A DNA stretch of 64,000 nt from Psilocybe cubensis. Taxonomy: Eukaryota. The first letter of the stretch is position 1. Every line of letters starts with the position of its first letter. Of the stretch, positions 62,527 to 64,000 are shown in pieces. The translations under genes were made by a program, and so were the position numbers. The DNA lies in assembly GCA_017499595.2 (NCBI GenBank), contig CM039003.1, forward strand, positions 682,001-746,000, read 5' to 3'. The notes under the pieces were generated by a model. That model did not search any database and was not told the origin of the DNA. It saw nothing but the letters and a program-made list of their open reading frames with translations.

Positions 62527-64000
62527 ATGGACGACAGACCACACAAAGCACATCGGCCTGCGCAGTCAGGAAACAAACACGAAAAGAAGGAGAAAGGAAA
62601 GGGAAAGCAGAAACAGCACGGTTTCAATGAAAAAGTATTCATTTTTCAGCAAAACATTCACCTCTGGCTTATCGTTGTCTTTTAAATTTAGGCATTCGCA
62701 CCCAAGTCGGGGCGCAGAGCGGACAGACAGGGTCGCCGCAACGTCGAGCGGGACCAGACCAGACTCCATGTACCATTGGTGAACCGTACACCAGACGACG
62801 ACCCGCCCCCGGTCATCATTGCCATCGTTGGGCCTTCCGGTGTCGGCAAAACCACACTGCTCAAGAGTCTCGTACGGCGGTACTCCAAACAGACGCTGAA
62901 CGAGGCAAAGGGGCCTATCACCATTGTCAGCGGCAAGAAGCGCAGACTGACGTTTATCGAATGCAACAATGACCTCAACAGTATGATTGATATTGGCAAG
63001 ATTGCCGATTTGGTGCTGCTCATGGTCGATGGTTCTTTCGGGTTTGAAATGGTGCGCAACATCATATTATAATTTTATATAGCTACTAATGCATTACGCA
63101 GGAAACATTCGAGTTTCTCAACATCCTCCAGTCGCACGGTTTCCCCAAAGTCATAGGCATCCTCACCCATCTCGACCTCATCAAAAAAGCCCAAACGCTC
63201 AAAGACACCAAAAAAGCTCTCAAAAAGCGCTTCTGGACCGAGATCTACCAGGGCGCAAAGCTCTTCTACCTCTCCGGCGTGCTCAACGGGCGCTACCCCG
63301 ACACCGAGATCATGAACCTCTCGCGGTTCATCTCCGTGATGAAGTTCCGCCCCCTCGTCTTCCGCAACACCCACCCATACCTCCTCGCAGACCGCCTCGA
63401 GGACCTGACACCGCGCGAGGAAGTGCGCAGCTCCAAAGGCAAATGCGATCGCACTGTAACAGTGTACGGATACGTGCGCGGCACGAATCTGCGTCTGGGC
63501 ACCAAAGTGCACATTCCCGGCGTAGGCGACCTCGAGATGAGCGGGGTGACGGTGCTGGGTGATCCATGCCCGCTGCCAACGGCCGAGTCGGAGAAGAAGC
63601 GCAAGCTGAGCGAGAAGAAGAAGCTGCTGATACACGCGCCGATGAGCGATGTGGGCGGGGTGATGTACGACAAGGATGCGGTGTGGGTGAATGTTCCGGG
63701 GAGCTTTACCAGAGGGAATACGGACGTGCCTCAAGGCGAAGGAGAGCAAATGGTCATGGACCTCCAAGACGTCAACCAGACTCTCGAAGACCGCGTCGCG
63801 CAGAGCAGCATCCGACTCTTTGGCACATCCTCACAGGCCCTCAGGGTCGACCCAACATCCTCAGCCTCTGACGACGAAGATGAAGACGACTTTGACGTTT
63901 CCGGGTCGGAAGAGGAAGACGAGTCCGGCATCGACTCGGAAGATGACGACGAAGAAGAGGGTGAAGACGAAGACGAAGAAATTCCCCGCAATGCGCAAAA
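62527..64000 (+). CDS. BMS1: Ribosome biogenesis GTPase Bms1, 3'-truncated
   Basis: Exons 62527-62634, 62692-63051 and 63102->64000; GPSGVGKTT P-loop, KKRRLTFIEC, DLVLLMVDGSFGFEMETFEFLNIL and WTEIYQGAKLFYLSG. Confidence 0.97.

Noticed and set aside
63075-63991. Minus-strand ORFs over BMS1
   Set aside because: Antisense shadows of a GC-rich conserved gene.

Overview
Eukaryotic, intron-containing DNA typical of a basidiomycete (agaric-like) fungus. About 58.5 kb is a nested transposon cluster with no recognisable housekeeping gene. It holds the 3' half of a Ty3/Gypsy element (intact pol, ~1.6-kb LTR); a full-length chromodomain Gypsy (25118-39879, TSD CTATT); two Ty1/Copia elements; a solo LTR; decayed DUF6589-type, CACTA-like and pogo/Fot1 transposase relics; and an AT-rich mosaic of inverted and tandem repeats. 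The last ~5.3 kb holds two ordinary head-to-head genes: a Cep57/PPC89-like spindle-pole protein and BMS1 (truncated by the window edge). Most notable: (1) an 8.4-kb insertion in the Gypsy chromodomain with Helentron/Helitron2-type ends but no Rep/helicase, carrying four spliced cargo genes and 45-bp palindromes; (2) a reading frame inside the long Gypsy LTR whose two copies differ mostly at synonymous sites; (3) an apparently CpG-free, self-priming Gypsy with a CpA>TpA mutation signature. All calls come from reading the sequence by eye; no searches were run, so family names rest on motif recall.
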